A stretch of 27,065 nucleotides of DNA from Deltaproteobacteria bacterium (lineage in GTDB: Bacteria; Desulfobacterota; Desulfobacteria; Desulfobacterales; ETH-SRB1). Made by a program: the position numbers and the translations under genes. The notes beneath the pieces were generated by a model. It was not told where the DNA came from and did no database searches. It was given only the letters and a program-made list of their open reading frames with translations. Shown here piece after piece: positions 1-7,399 of this stretch (position 1 is the stretch's first letter; every line of letters begins with the position of its first letter). The stretch covers positions 1-27,065 of the forward strand of contig JAFDFV010000001.1 of the NCBI GenBank assembly GCA_019309665.1, written 5' to 3'.

Positions 1-226
1 GCCGAACAGCTTTTGGTGCGCATGAGTGACAATTCGACTGGCTTCACCTGATCCAAAAGGATTTGTTTCCGGTACAATATTTAGCGACTATCCCTTCAAG
101 GTTTTTAAGAGGCAATCGACAGTAGTTTGGATTTAGGATACTATGAACCTGCTTTTTGGCAATCGTCCTGTGCCGTTTCCTTTGGCAGGGGCTGCACTAG
201 TAAACCTGAATCTGTTGAGGTGCCCA

Positions 227-434
227 ATGAAACGACGATTTTCCGCCCAAGAGTTATTTGAACTGTGAAAGGAATTTCAACCCCATAGATCTTGTCATGA
301 TTGTAAAAGGGGTTGGTTTTGTTGAAAGCGTCAATTATCTGAAACGCTTGTCATCTACCTCACCTGCCCATTGTAATGATAGACGTCACGACTTGAAAGA
401 GATGCTCAATCGCATCGGCAAGCCAGTAGGATGA
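227..434 (+). pseudogene. Internally deleted small zinc-finger-like (CHC2-type) gene
   Basis: ATG at 227 gives MKRRFSAQELFEL then a stop. Another frame from about 264 reads CERNFNPIDLVMIVKGVGFVESVNYLKRL...GKPVG* (TGA 432-434), resembling the C-terminal half of primase-type CHC2 zinc fingers. Confidence 0.5.
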
Positions 435-438
435 CCGT

Positions 439-840
439 TTGTACCGTTTTCTTTTATTCAAGACTTTTGAGGCGTACACCAGAGCCAGGTGGGAAATAGG
501 CAAATCCCAGGCTTACCGGCTCATTGAGGCGTGTCACGTTATCGACAACTTGTCCCCAATTGGGGACATTCTGCCTGAAAACGAGTCCCAAGTCCGTTCG
601 CTGGCCTCATTGGCCCCTGCTGCCCAACGTAAAATCCGGCGCGATTTTTTGATGACAGGCATGGAGTTGTCCGCTCTCAATATCAGGAAATACATCAATT
701 CCAGCATAACCGACAACCATGGCACAAAGGCAGATCATACGGAGATCATAAGCGACACCTATAAGGAGGCAACCCTGGCAATGCTCGAACAGATTCGTCA
801 GGCACGTTGCTTAAGGGGGAAGCAAGATAACGCACGGTAA
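439..840 (+). pseudogene. Fragment of a putative DNA-binding protein of the mobile element
   Basis: TTG-started 133-aa ORF (FEAYTRARWEIGKSQAYRLIEA...LPENESQVRSL) with no RBS. Both ends look truncated relative to the family as recalled. Confidence 0.45.
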
Positions 841-862
841 TGTTTTACCGGAGATCTCCGAT

Positions 863-1198
863 TTGCCGACAGATGATCAGTTTCTGATATTGTTGCATAA
901 AAAGATCATGAATAAGACCGGATCAGCCAAACGGCGGGCAAAAAAATACTACACTGATAAGTACAGGAAAACCGGTTTGATACCAGGTCCGCTCCTGCTT
1001 GCAGGCAGGGGGATTTTGGAGGGCCGGAAGTGCAGCGGACGTCCGAGATCGCTTGTCATTAGACTCAGAAAGCGGTTCGTCGAAATGGTGAAGGCATCAG
1101 TTGATCCGCGAAACCTACCGCAAGGAACACAACGGTTTGAAACACTACTTTTCAGACAACGGCTTGACAACAACATGGATCCCCGAACAAAAGCTTGA
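863..1198 (+). pseudogene. N-terminal fragment of an integrase/transposase
   Basis: Basic N-terminus (KKIMNKTGSAKRRAKKYY...GRKCSGRPRSL...FVEMVKAS). The protein-like signal switches to another frame at about 1102 (IRETYRKEHNG...). No DDE core is visible. Confidence 0.5.
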
Positions 1199-1877
1199 AA
1201 ATTATCTGTCGGAAGCCAGCCCCATTGTATTTTCGTCCTCTGATGTAAAAGAGTTTGCCAAATACGGGGAAGCCAGCCCCATTGTATTTTCGTCCTCTGA
1301 TGTAAAAGAGTTTGCCAAATACGGAAAAAGTCGCTTCTTAAAGTTGCTGAAGCCCAAAAAACTTCACGGGGTGTGGGTAGAATCCCTGTTTAACATCCAT
1401 GAAATTCTCTCCTCCATCCTTAAAGACTTGAACTATGACACAACAGCCACATACCGGCGCACGCCCAAATACCTGAAAACGATATGCAGCCTCACAGACT
1501 TTTTCATTATTATCGACGAGGCCAATGACCTGGACCGCCGGGTATGGCCCTACCTGAAACGAATCATTGATGCAGGCGTTCCCATTATCCTTGCAGGACT
1601 GCTAAGGGTCAGGACCTTTCTTACCAGTGAATATCCCGACATACTGAGCCGACTCAAAACGCTTATTTTGTATCCGATCGTGGTGGAGGACTTTATTATG
1701 GAATACAAGGATTTTGAGTCTGATGCGATAGAACAGATCTACGTATCTACAAAAGGCGACATGCGAAAGTTCAAAGAGATCTGTACGGATTGTCGGGACA
1801 GGGCAAATGAGTTGAATTGCAGCTTTGTTGACGTTAACCTCGCATTGGAATTTCTTTCTGACCTGCCTCCCCATTGA
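1101..1877 (+). pseudogene. Chimeric ORF: probable transposase C-terminal piece fused to an AAA+ ATPase lacking most of Walker A
   Basis: After the duplicated 19-aa block the ORF reads GKSRFLKLL (end of a P-loop), then FIIIDEANDLD (Walker B), PIILAG (sensor I) and ILSRL (Arg finger), as in TnsC/IstB/ExeA-type ATPases. Confidence 0.65.
1211..1324 (+). repeat. Perfect 57-bp tandem duplication (2 copies, in frame)
   Basis: ggaagccagccccattgtattttcgtcctctgatgtaaaagagtttgccaaatacgg at 1211-1267 and 1268-1324; it encodes EASPIVFSSSDVKEFAKYG twice. Confidence 0.98.
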
Positions 1878-2221
1878 GTTACCACAGCCGTTTCATTCTC
1901 ACAGGAAATCCCTGCGCCATATTCACAACATCTGGAAAAGATGCACATAGAACAATCCACCCTTTGAATTATTACGCCCTCCAGCAGAAAACAACCCGAT
2001 AAAAAAGGTTCAAAACTATCAAATGCATGAAACAAGGCACAAGCGTTACAGTATTTTGTCAGTGATGAAAAATGCCTTATATACACATCTATCTGATTTG
2101 TAAGAGTATTTATATGCTTTTATGATGAGATGGGTCAATAATAGCGTTACACTATTTGGATCTTATTAAGCTTATAAACCATTGAGATCTCATCTGACCA
2201 AGTCGATGTACCGTATAGTAT

Positions 2222-2701
2222 TTAACATTCCTTAATGTCGTTTACTTTGCTCAAAAGACCCGAAAAACCTTGATGGGAGAATGTGTCCGCATAGGCATGG
2301 AGCACTATTCCGAATTTTACCAGATTGTCTTGCTCAAGGGATTCCGTCAAGATATCTTTGATAACCGGTGATTCTTCGGTACAGCGGAGTTTTTTTGCAA
2401 AGTTTTTTTCCTTGCAACCTGGAACGAAGTGAAAAGCACAGGTATTGTTTATCATGGCACTGTAATTGTAGGTCTTTGTCCTGGTATAGGAATGACACGT
2501 AGCCATGTTGAAAAATGAAGGTTGATTGTCAATCACATCGTGCTGAACATCCTGAGGAGGAAATCCCCGAATAACAATATGATTTATCTTGGCATCATCC
2601 ACGAACTGGGATGCATATGCTACCTTATGGGCACTTCCCTTACTAAAACCGCATGCTCCACAAAAAGCTAAGACCGCATAATAATGGGCATCCACTTTCA
2701 T
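2222..2701 (-). pseudogene. DUF6765-like protein (possible Zn-dependent phospholipase C/P1-nuclease fold), probably 3'-truncated
   Basis: Strong RBS (aggaggag). Motifs HYYAV..., AYASQFVDDA, FHFVPG and GIVLHAYADTFSHQGFSG. The ORF stops 9 codons after the last motif. Confidence 0.6.
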
Positions 2702-2818
2702 AGTGACTCCTCCTTTCTTGACATTGTGCTTCGTTAAGTTATTAAAGCCAAGATTTGATCATACATATAGATTTTCGGAAAAATAATTTAAGAGGTCATC
2801 CTTGCCGGCACAATACTT

Positions 2819-3681
2819 CTAAACAATCTGCGAAACCTCATCTATGGCTGCTGCATAAGCTGCTGCCAAGCCATCCAAATTTTCCTGAGCCCTCGCCAAA
2901 TCACTGTTATTGTCAATAAAAAATGGCTCAGCAATGAGACAAGGGGCTTTTGTATAGCGCAAAAGGTGGCCGCCTCTATCTTCAGCCGCCTTTGGCTTTG
3001 CTCCTCTGTTGGACAGTTTTAGATGTTCAACAAGATGATTGACAAGGATTTCGCCCATTTTCCTGCCCTTTTTAGATTTATGGTAATAAAGAACCTCAAC
3101 GCCTGAAGCTTTTCCATTAAAAGCATTGCAATGAAGGCTGATAACAAAATCGGGCTCAAGAGCATTTATGTCGTCTGGTAGCTCCTTATATGTCCTTCTG
3201 TAAATTCGCTGTATTCTGCATTTCGGATCTTCTTTTCAATGCGGATGGCCAAATCTTTGTTGAAATCGAACTCACTAAGGCCCGCCCTTTTGTTAAGCGC
3301 ACCAGGAGAGCTTTTCTTATGACCGATGACCAAGGCACAAAGCTTTTTCAGCGGAGCTATTTCCTGCTCACTTTCCAACTCAGACAGGCGCTCTTGAATT
3401 TCCGTTAAAGAAACGATGCCCTTTTCTGCAAGCTTTTGAATCAATGCGCCCGTTAAACGGGGCAGAGTTTCCACTACCTGTGCCGAATAGAGAATCTTGC
3501 CGGCAAGCTCCCCTTGGACCAGGGCTGTCTTGCTCAGATCTTCTTCGACCACAGGCAATGTTGCAGCCTCAGGCGGTTGTGGTGCCCCTTTGGCAAGTGT
3601 GGTAAGCAAAATCTTCCCAGATTCAGTCTTTAGATAACCATCCGGTCTAAGCGTTCCTATGAGCCAATCTTTTAACGCCAT
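2819..3681 (-). pseudogene. N-acetylmuramoyl-L-alanine amidase (Amidase_3) with an unknown N-terminal domain, split by a 1-nt frameshift at about 3214
   Basis: The upstream ORF carries LVIGH and SEFDFN. The shifted frame continues QRIYRRTYKELPDDINALEPDFVISLHCNAF...VEVLYY and joins ORF 2819-3058 (CLIAEPFFIDN). All Zn/catalytic residues (H, E, H, E) are present. Adding one base gives a single 287-aa ORF. Confidence 0.9.
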
Positions 3682-3699
3682 TTATTTCTCCCCTGGGAT

Positions 3700-3792
3700 T
3701 CATCCAATTGATTGTTGGGAACTCGTCCGCAAGGACTTAGGGTGAATATGGTAAAATGCTTCAGGATGGGCTATTCTCAATGGCCGTGCCAT
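3700..3792 (-). pseudogene. 5' stub of a REP-associated tyrosine transposase (RAYT/Y1_Tnp)
   Basis: RBS aaaggag then ATG 3792: MARPLRIAHPEAFYHI, matching the typical RAYT N-terminus MARPLRIEYPGAFYHI. Unrelated sequence follows, with a stop after 30 aa. Confidence 0.7.
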
Positions 3793-4053
3793 AATCGCTC
3801 CTTTATCATCAAACGATATTATGGCATTTGCACATCAAAAGAGCCTATCTGTCAAAAATGAAGGACTGCCCCCGGGGTCGGGGTTTTCCCGGCTATGCGA
3901 ATGCCAGGCGGGCTGAGCGAGGCGGGCGAGTATCAAGCCTGGAGTATAACCTCTCCTACGAATCAACTATTTGCCTCCCCCCCCATCAGACTTATTTAAC
4001 ATGGCCAATAATGTCTACAATATCCCCTGTAATCAATATATTAAAGCATTTAC

Positions 4054-4554
4054 CTATGGTAGATCTCGTATTTCTAATTCAATCTTTATGGATTCTTCTT
4101 TCTCGACGAGTTCATAGCGTTCGCCGAAAGTCTTAAATCCAGAAGCCGTCACTTGGACCTTAATTTTTCCACGGGGAATAACCCGCAAAACAGCAACACC
4201 TTTGCTGTTTGTTTTAGCTGAAAATTCTTGACCGTCGCCTGATTTCACAAAAACATTGGCACCTTGTATTAGGATAAGCTCTTCATCGCTGCCTTGCGCC
4301 TTGACAACCACTTCGATGGTTGTATTCCGCGCAGTTTCAGGGGCCGCGGTATCCTGTGTAACCGTCTCATTTGTTTCTTCCGTCGAGCTATGTTGATCGG
4401 CTATTGTGTCATTGGCGCTATGCTGGGATTGTTGGACAGTATGTTCTGTCTCATTGTCAATATTCGCGCTTTCTGCGCTATCGTACCCCGCCAGCCCAAT
4501 GGACATCAAAACCAAAATGATCATTAAAACCATATGAGTGAACATTTTCAGCAT
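4054..4554 (-). CDS. Exported protein with a C-terminal carboxypeptidase-regulatory-like (prealbumin-fold) domain
   Basis: Hydrophobic N-terminal signal, T/E/Q-rich linker, then IQGANVFV...KTNSKGVAVL...IPRGKIKVQVTASGFKT. Confidence 0.7.
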   Translation of the reverse strand: MLKMFTHMVLMIILVLMSIGLAGYDSAESANIDNETEHTVQQSQHSANDTIADQHSSTEETNETVTQDTAAPETARNTTIEVVVKAQGSDEELILIQGANVFVKSGDGQEFSAKTNSKGVAVLRVIPRGKIKVQVTASGFKTFGERYELVEKEESIKIELEIRDLP

Positions 4555-4618
4555 AAATAGTCCGGTTGTGACAAGATGGCCTTATATAAAAAGCACAGTA
4601 AACAGATTGAGTAGTTTT

Positions 4619-5548
4619 TCATTGTGGCTTGCTCAGCATTTTTCGTGTACGTACGAGTTCATGAACAACCTCGTCGTAATAGGGCTTTTCTTTAAGGCTG
4701 GCGCGTGAACCCGGAAAGTAAACCAGCGCTAATTCCGCACTTCCGGATTCCCAGCGTCTTAACACGATCGCGACGCGTTGTCCTTTTGAGAGGCGTGTGT
4801 TGTCTATTATAGGAAAATCGAAAAATCCGACACGAAAGGTAAAATCGGCTTCGACTTGGTCTTCCATCCAGATTTCTAATCTGACGCGTAGCTCTTTTTT
4901 GTTCTGGTCGTAGTCAAGCACCTCGACAATGAAAAGGCGGTTTGGTCCGCTGGAACCTATGTCCGCCGAAGGGAGCCGGAGTGTTTCCTCGAGTAGTTGG
5001 ATACCTTCAGGTTTGTTTTCCAAGTCTTCAAAGAACACAGTCATAGGCCGAACAACACCAACATCTTCTAATGCGCCAATTTGTTTGTCCGCTACCTCAC
5101 GGGCGACTTTTTCTAAACGTTTCTGTAAGATTTTACGCTCGTTTTCTGGATTGTTTTGGATATTTTCCTCCACATGTTTAAACAAAGGACCGAGATCGAT
5201 CACATCGTGGAAGTTATAAGCGATTAACTCCAAAGCTAGGACTTCCTTCCTGTTTTCCGGCTTGTTTTCCGATGACTTGGATTCCAGAAAGGCTTTTATA
5301 ATAGCATTAAACATCTCCTTTCGGAGGTCACTATCGGCTTTCTCCCGGTTGCTCATCAGTTCGGCATAAAGCCGAATGTTTGTTTCCGTTGCTTGTTGTC
5401 CCTCTAAGTATTGTGAGCCGAAGAACCCGACAAGGGCTATCGATACAGCCGCCAGCAATCCGCCTACAGGTCTGAGAACAACATCCCACTTGTCCCAGGC
5501 GTCCTTTTTCCTCTCCAGTTTCTTCCCATTGTCCTTTCCGTTCGCCAT
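4619..5548 (-). CDS. Hypothetical single-pass membrane protein
   Basis: 309-aa ORF with one N-terminal TM segment (VGGLLAAVSIALVGFFG) followed by a helical then beta-rich soluble region. It starts 2 bp after the upstream stop. Confidence 0.8.
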   Translation of the reverse strand: MANGKDNGKKLERKKDAWDKWDVVLRPVGGLLAAVSIALVGFFGSQYLEGQQATETNIRLYAELMSNREKADSDLRKEMFNAIIKAFLESKSSENKPENRKEVLALELIAYNFHDVIDLGPLFKHVEENIQNNPENERKILQKRLEKVAREVADKQIGALEDVGVVRPMTVFFEDLENKPEGIQLLEETLRLPSADIGSSGPNRLFIVEVLDYDQNKKELRVRLEIWMEDQVEADFTFRVGFFDFPIIDNTRLSKGQRVAIVLRRWESGSAELALVYFPGSRASLKEKPYYDEVVHELVRTRKMLSKPQ

Positions 5549-5550
5549 TG

Positions 5551-5877
5551 TTATCTCCTGCGCAGGACGTAATCGTCCCCCTGCCTGATCAACTCGAAGT
5601 CATAGCGGACTGGGTCCCGGTAGGAATTAATCGGATGTCTGGCTCCGGGAAAGCCAGGAAGCTCAAAAGAACAATTGCCTGTCTCGTTGACATAGATGCT
5701 GTAAGCGCCACGCTCGTTTGTTGTTCCAGGATAGGTTCTTTGAGCACAGGTAATCTGAATGGGTACCCCATGACCGATGGATCGGCCGTCTTGTCTCACA
5801 GTTCCATTTATTTTTCCTGCATAGGTTGCCGGCGGGAAAACCAAAATGGTTAACAGGACGAAAGTGCAAAGCTTCAT
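5551..5877 (-). CDS. Small secreted protein, prealbumin-like beta-sandwich
   Basis: RBS aaggagg before ATG 5877 (the longer start in the ORF track is unlikely). Signal peptide MKLCTFVLLTILVFPPATYA, then GKINGTV...TNERGAYSIYV; two Cys in the mature part; 108 aa. Confidence 0.75.
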   Translation of the reverse strand: MKLCTFVLLTILVFPPATYAGKINGTVRQDGRSIGHGVPIQITCAQRTYPGTTNERGAYSIYVNETGNCSFELPGFPGARHPINSYRDPVRYDFELIRQGDDYVLRRR

Positions 5878-5903
5878 CGCGTCCTCCTTGATGTTTATTT
5901 GAC

Positions 5904-6713
5904 TTATTTGGAAAGTACGCCAGTTATGGAGCCAATGAGAATAAAGATGCTCCATATAATAACAACGATCGCAATAATAATACCAATGATAGCATCGGCA
6001 ATACTGCAAAAGATTCCTGGCACAAATCCAAGACCAAACTCAATGATAAAAAAGGTCACAAATCCAGTGATCAGAAGAAGAGTTGCGCTCTTTATCCTGA
6101 TCATCTGACTTCCGCCAATCCAAAGAAGAACAGCAGCGACTATTTTGCACAATAGCCCAAGACCGCCTAAGATTAATACGGGACCTTTTGGGAAAGCTCC
6201 ATAGATAGCCGCGTAGATCAAAGGGCCAAAGGGCACTGCTAACAGAAGACCAATCATGATGATCAGTTTGAGAATCGCCTGCACAATCAGGAAGATTGAG
6301 ATAAATATGACGATAATAGAATTAATGAGACTGATAATCATTCCCACCCTGTGAACAGAGGCTTTAGTAATCAGCATGCCGATGAGGCTGATCAGGATGG
6401 AAAAGAAGACCACCCAAAGATAGAGCCCATCGGCTTCCAGACTGTAACCAGGTGGGGCAGGTTCTGATTCTGTAATTTTTTGCCTTGCCTCTTTTTTTGC
6501 GTCCAACCGATCAGGGTGATCTTTAGGTTTTCCTTCCTCATCCATTGTTTCATCAATACCATTATTGGCGTCTCTGATCATCTCCAGAGTGGTAGGAAGA
6601 AGCTTCTGAAAGAAGGGGAGATTGGGTCCTCCATACTCAATCCCAAATCCAATAAAGAGAAAGATAAGAGCTACGATAACAAAAGATTTCTTCAGGGGTT
6701 GTATAGTGCGCAT
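5904..6713 (-). CDS. Polytopic membrane protein (about 6-7 TM), probably eCIS-associated
   Basis: Long hydrophobic runs and motifs LLLAVPFG.LIY..IYG.FP.G and GFVPGIFCSIADAIIGII. Located just downstream of PAAR on the same strand. Confidence 0.8.
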   Translation of the reverse strand: MRTIQPLKKSFVIVALIFLFIGFGIEYGGPNLPFFQKLLPTTLEMIRDANNGIDETMDEEGKPKDHPDRLDAKKEARQKITESEPAPPGYSLEADGLYLWVVFFSILISLIGMLITKASVHRVGMIISLINSIIVIFISIFLIVQAILKLIIMIGLLLAVPFGPLIYAAIYGAFPKGPVLILGGLGLLCKIVAAVLLWIGGSQMIRIKSATLLLITGFVTFFIIEFGLGFVPGIFCSIADAIIGIIIAIVVIIWSIFILIGSITGVLSK

Positions 6714-6738
6714 TTTATATTAGCTCCAGTTTTAAGGA

Positions 6739-6772
6739 ATTTGTTGACGTGGCGCATGCCACGCCAACAAAT
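6739..6772. other. 15-bp-stem hairpin in the intergenic region
   Basis: atttgttgacgtggc-gcat-gccacgccaacaaat; one mismatch in the stem. Confidence 0.8.
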
Positions 6773-6810
6773 CGTTAAGCTCCGCCGTTGGGCAACGTAG
6801 AGTTGTCCCT

Positions 6811-6990
6811 CTAATCTGTTCTTCCTCCAGTAACAAGGGAAAGGATGAGGAAAACGATACCAAAGAGTAAAAATCCTCCTCCACCAATACTAAGGAAAAC
6901 TATTCCCTTAATTAAACCAATCACCAGTAACACGGCCCCTAACACTATAGAAGCAATCCACGCTAATCTTCCACGAATAATTAACCCCAT
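6811..6990 (-). CDS. Small two-TM membrane protein (59 aa, below the ORF-track cutoff)
   Basis: Strong RBS gaggaggtg before ATG 6990. MGLIIRGRLAWIASIVLGAVLLVIGLIKGIVFLSIGGGGFLLFGIVFLILSLVTGGRTD*. Confidence 0.85.
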   Translation of the reverse strand: MGLIIRGRLAWIASIVLGAVLLVIGLIKGIVFLSIGGGGFLLFGIVFLILSLVTGGRTD

Positions 6991-7018
6991 AATAATATCA
7001 CCTCCTCTCTTGATAAAC

Positions 7019-7318
7019 TTAATCCCCTATCAGTACAGTGGGTTCACCTTCAGCTACAGGGTCAGGACCACCAGTAGCTTCTTTCACAATATCACCAATC
7101 CTGGTTGCAGGAAATTCATTAATAAAAACAGCGTTGCTTCCACCATCGACTACACCACCTCCATGGGGATTAGGTGTAGCCAGTGGACAGATATGGAAAT
7201 CCTTCTTAGCCCGCCAGGCCGGCTTTTCCCCGATAAAAACATCCGGGCTTCCTGGACCGGGCTGCAAAGGACCACCATGTGCTGTCATATCACCTAAGCG
7301 TGCTGCCGGTTTTCTCAT
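7019..7318 (-). CDS. PAAR spike-tip protein (Afp10-like)
   Basis: PAARLGD.T.HGG, PAWR, HICP...PHGGG, PATRIGD motifs; 99 aa with no toxin extension. Confidence 0.95.
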   Translation of the reverse strand: MRKPAARLGDMTAHGGPLQPGPGSPDVFIGEKPAWRAKKDFHICPLATPNPHGGGVVDGGSNAVFINEFPATRIGDIVKEATGGPDPVAEGEPTVLIGD

Positions 7319-7399
7319 CTCTTCCTTTGAAATTCCATTACTGCTTCTTCATCTATTTGCTTTTTAATTACTTTAAGACGTAAAACCTCACGTAGAATC

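Larger units (their letters stand above)
227..1877 (+). mobile_element. Collapsed remnant of a multi-gene DDE-transposase/AAA-ATPase (Mu/Tn7/IS21-like) element
   Basis: Four successive gene fragments with abrupt frame changes. The last fragment keeps Walker B (FIIIDEANDL) and only the GKS end of Walker A. The overall gene order is recalled from Desulfobacterales elements and was not verified. Confidence 0.6.

Noticed and set aside
1-226. Possible coding fragment at the left edge
   Set aside because: No sustained open frame or recognisable motif.
3968-3975. Poly-C run as a phase-variation tract
   Set aside because: It is intergenic and not positioned within an identifiable promoter or ORF.
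3828-4136. 102-aa plus-strand ORF
   Set aside because: It spans the RAYT upstream region and overlaps the 3' end of 4054-4554; no protein-like motifs.
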